Shown here: positions 63,036 to 63,270 of the stretch, one piece after another | Numbering within the stretch: the stretch's first letter is position 1 | Layout: every line of letters begins with the position of its first letter | Assembly (NCBI GenBank): GCA_020719385.1 | Contig: DYQK01000003.1 | Coordinates: 1 to 63,270, forward strand | DNA from: Rikenella microfusus | Lineage (GTDB): Bacteria; Bacteroidota; Bacteroidia; Bacteroidales; DYQK01 | Direction: 5' to 3' | DNA length: 63,270 nt | Program-made: the position numbers and the translations under genes | The notes under the pieces: model-generated | What the model was told of the DNA's origin: nothing | Databases searched by the model: none | The model's input: the letters and a program-made list of their open reading frames with translations, nothing else

Positions 63036-63270
63036 AATAATTTTTATTTTTGTGCAACATTTTATCATCTGCACGAAAAAACCGCTCTGTCTTTAGCGTA
63101 GCGGATGAACGTGCTGATTTTTCGACTGTCCGTTTTACTGACACATGTCGAAAAATCAAAAAAATTAATTTCTGTTTTACTTTGTCAAAAAATATATTAA
63201 TTTTGTCAAAAAAAATTGTTTTGTCGAAAAAATGAATTACATTTGCGCCGCAATGAAAAACAAATTGCAA

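Noticed and set aside
1..63270. CRISPR array, prophage or alternative genetic code
   Set aside because: No regularly spaced repeats or phage genes seen; conserved genes translate full length with the standard code and end in TAA, TAG or TGA

Overview
AT-rich chromosomal segment from a Bacteroidota (probably Bacteroidales-like) bacterium. Evidence for the taxon: T9SS sortase PorU, an RprY-type regulator, TAnnTTTG promoter boxes before most genes, and archaeal/eukaryote-type ProS. About 50 CDSs, mostly housekeeping (atpF/atpH, recN, pstB, rplS, clpS, mazG, hpt, dnaK, buk, tsaB, trkH, porU, groES/EL, folD, proS, cmk, dprA), plus one tRNA-Arg(CCT). No rRNA, CRISPR array or intact mobile element was seen. 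Main points for follow-up: (1) an SrfA-like protein with a complete S8 protease inserted between its N- and C-terminal domains, overlapping a REC-cyclase gene; (2) an intact 1052-aa RecQ-like ORF with all helicase motifs degenerate, overlapping a coiled-coil/TM gene; (3) a methyltransferase-fold plus winged-helix two-gene cassette between folD and proS; (4) many normally operonic genes present alone; (5) matching sigma54-like promoters with CTGACA boxes before dnaK and groESL, with the same hexamer forming dispersed REP-like hairpins; (6) an exact 652-bp tandem duplication of a Uma2 gene; (7) relics missed by the ORF track (restriction-enzyme-like fragment, IS1-like zinc ribbon, DUF5615-like remnant, deleted TonB receptor); (8) apparent strong GATC/CTAG depletion. 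All family assignments come from motif recognition by eye; no database searches were run.
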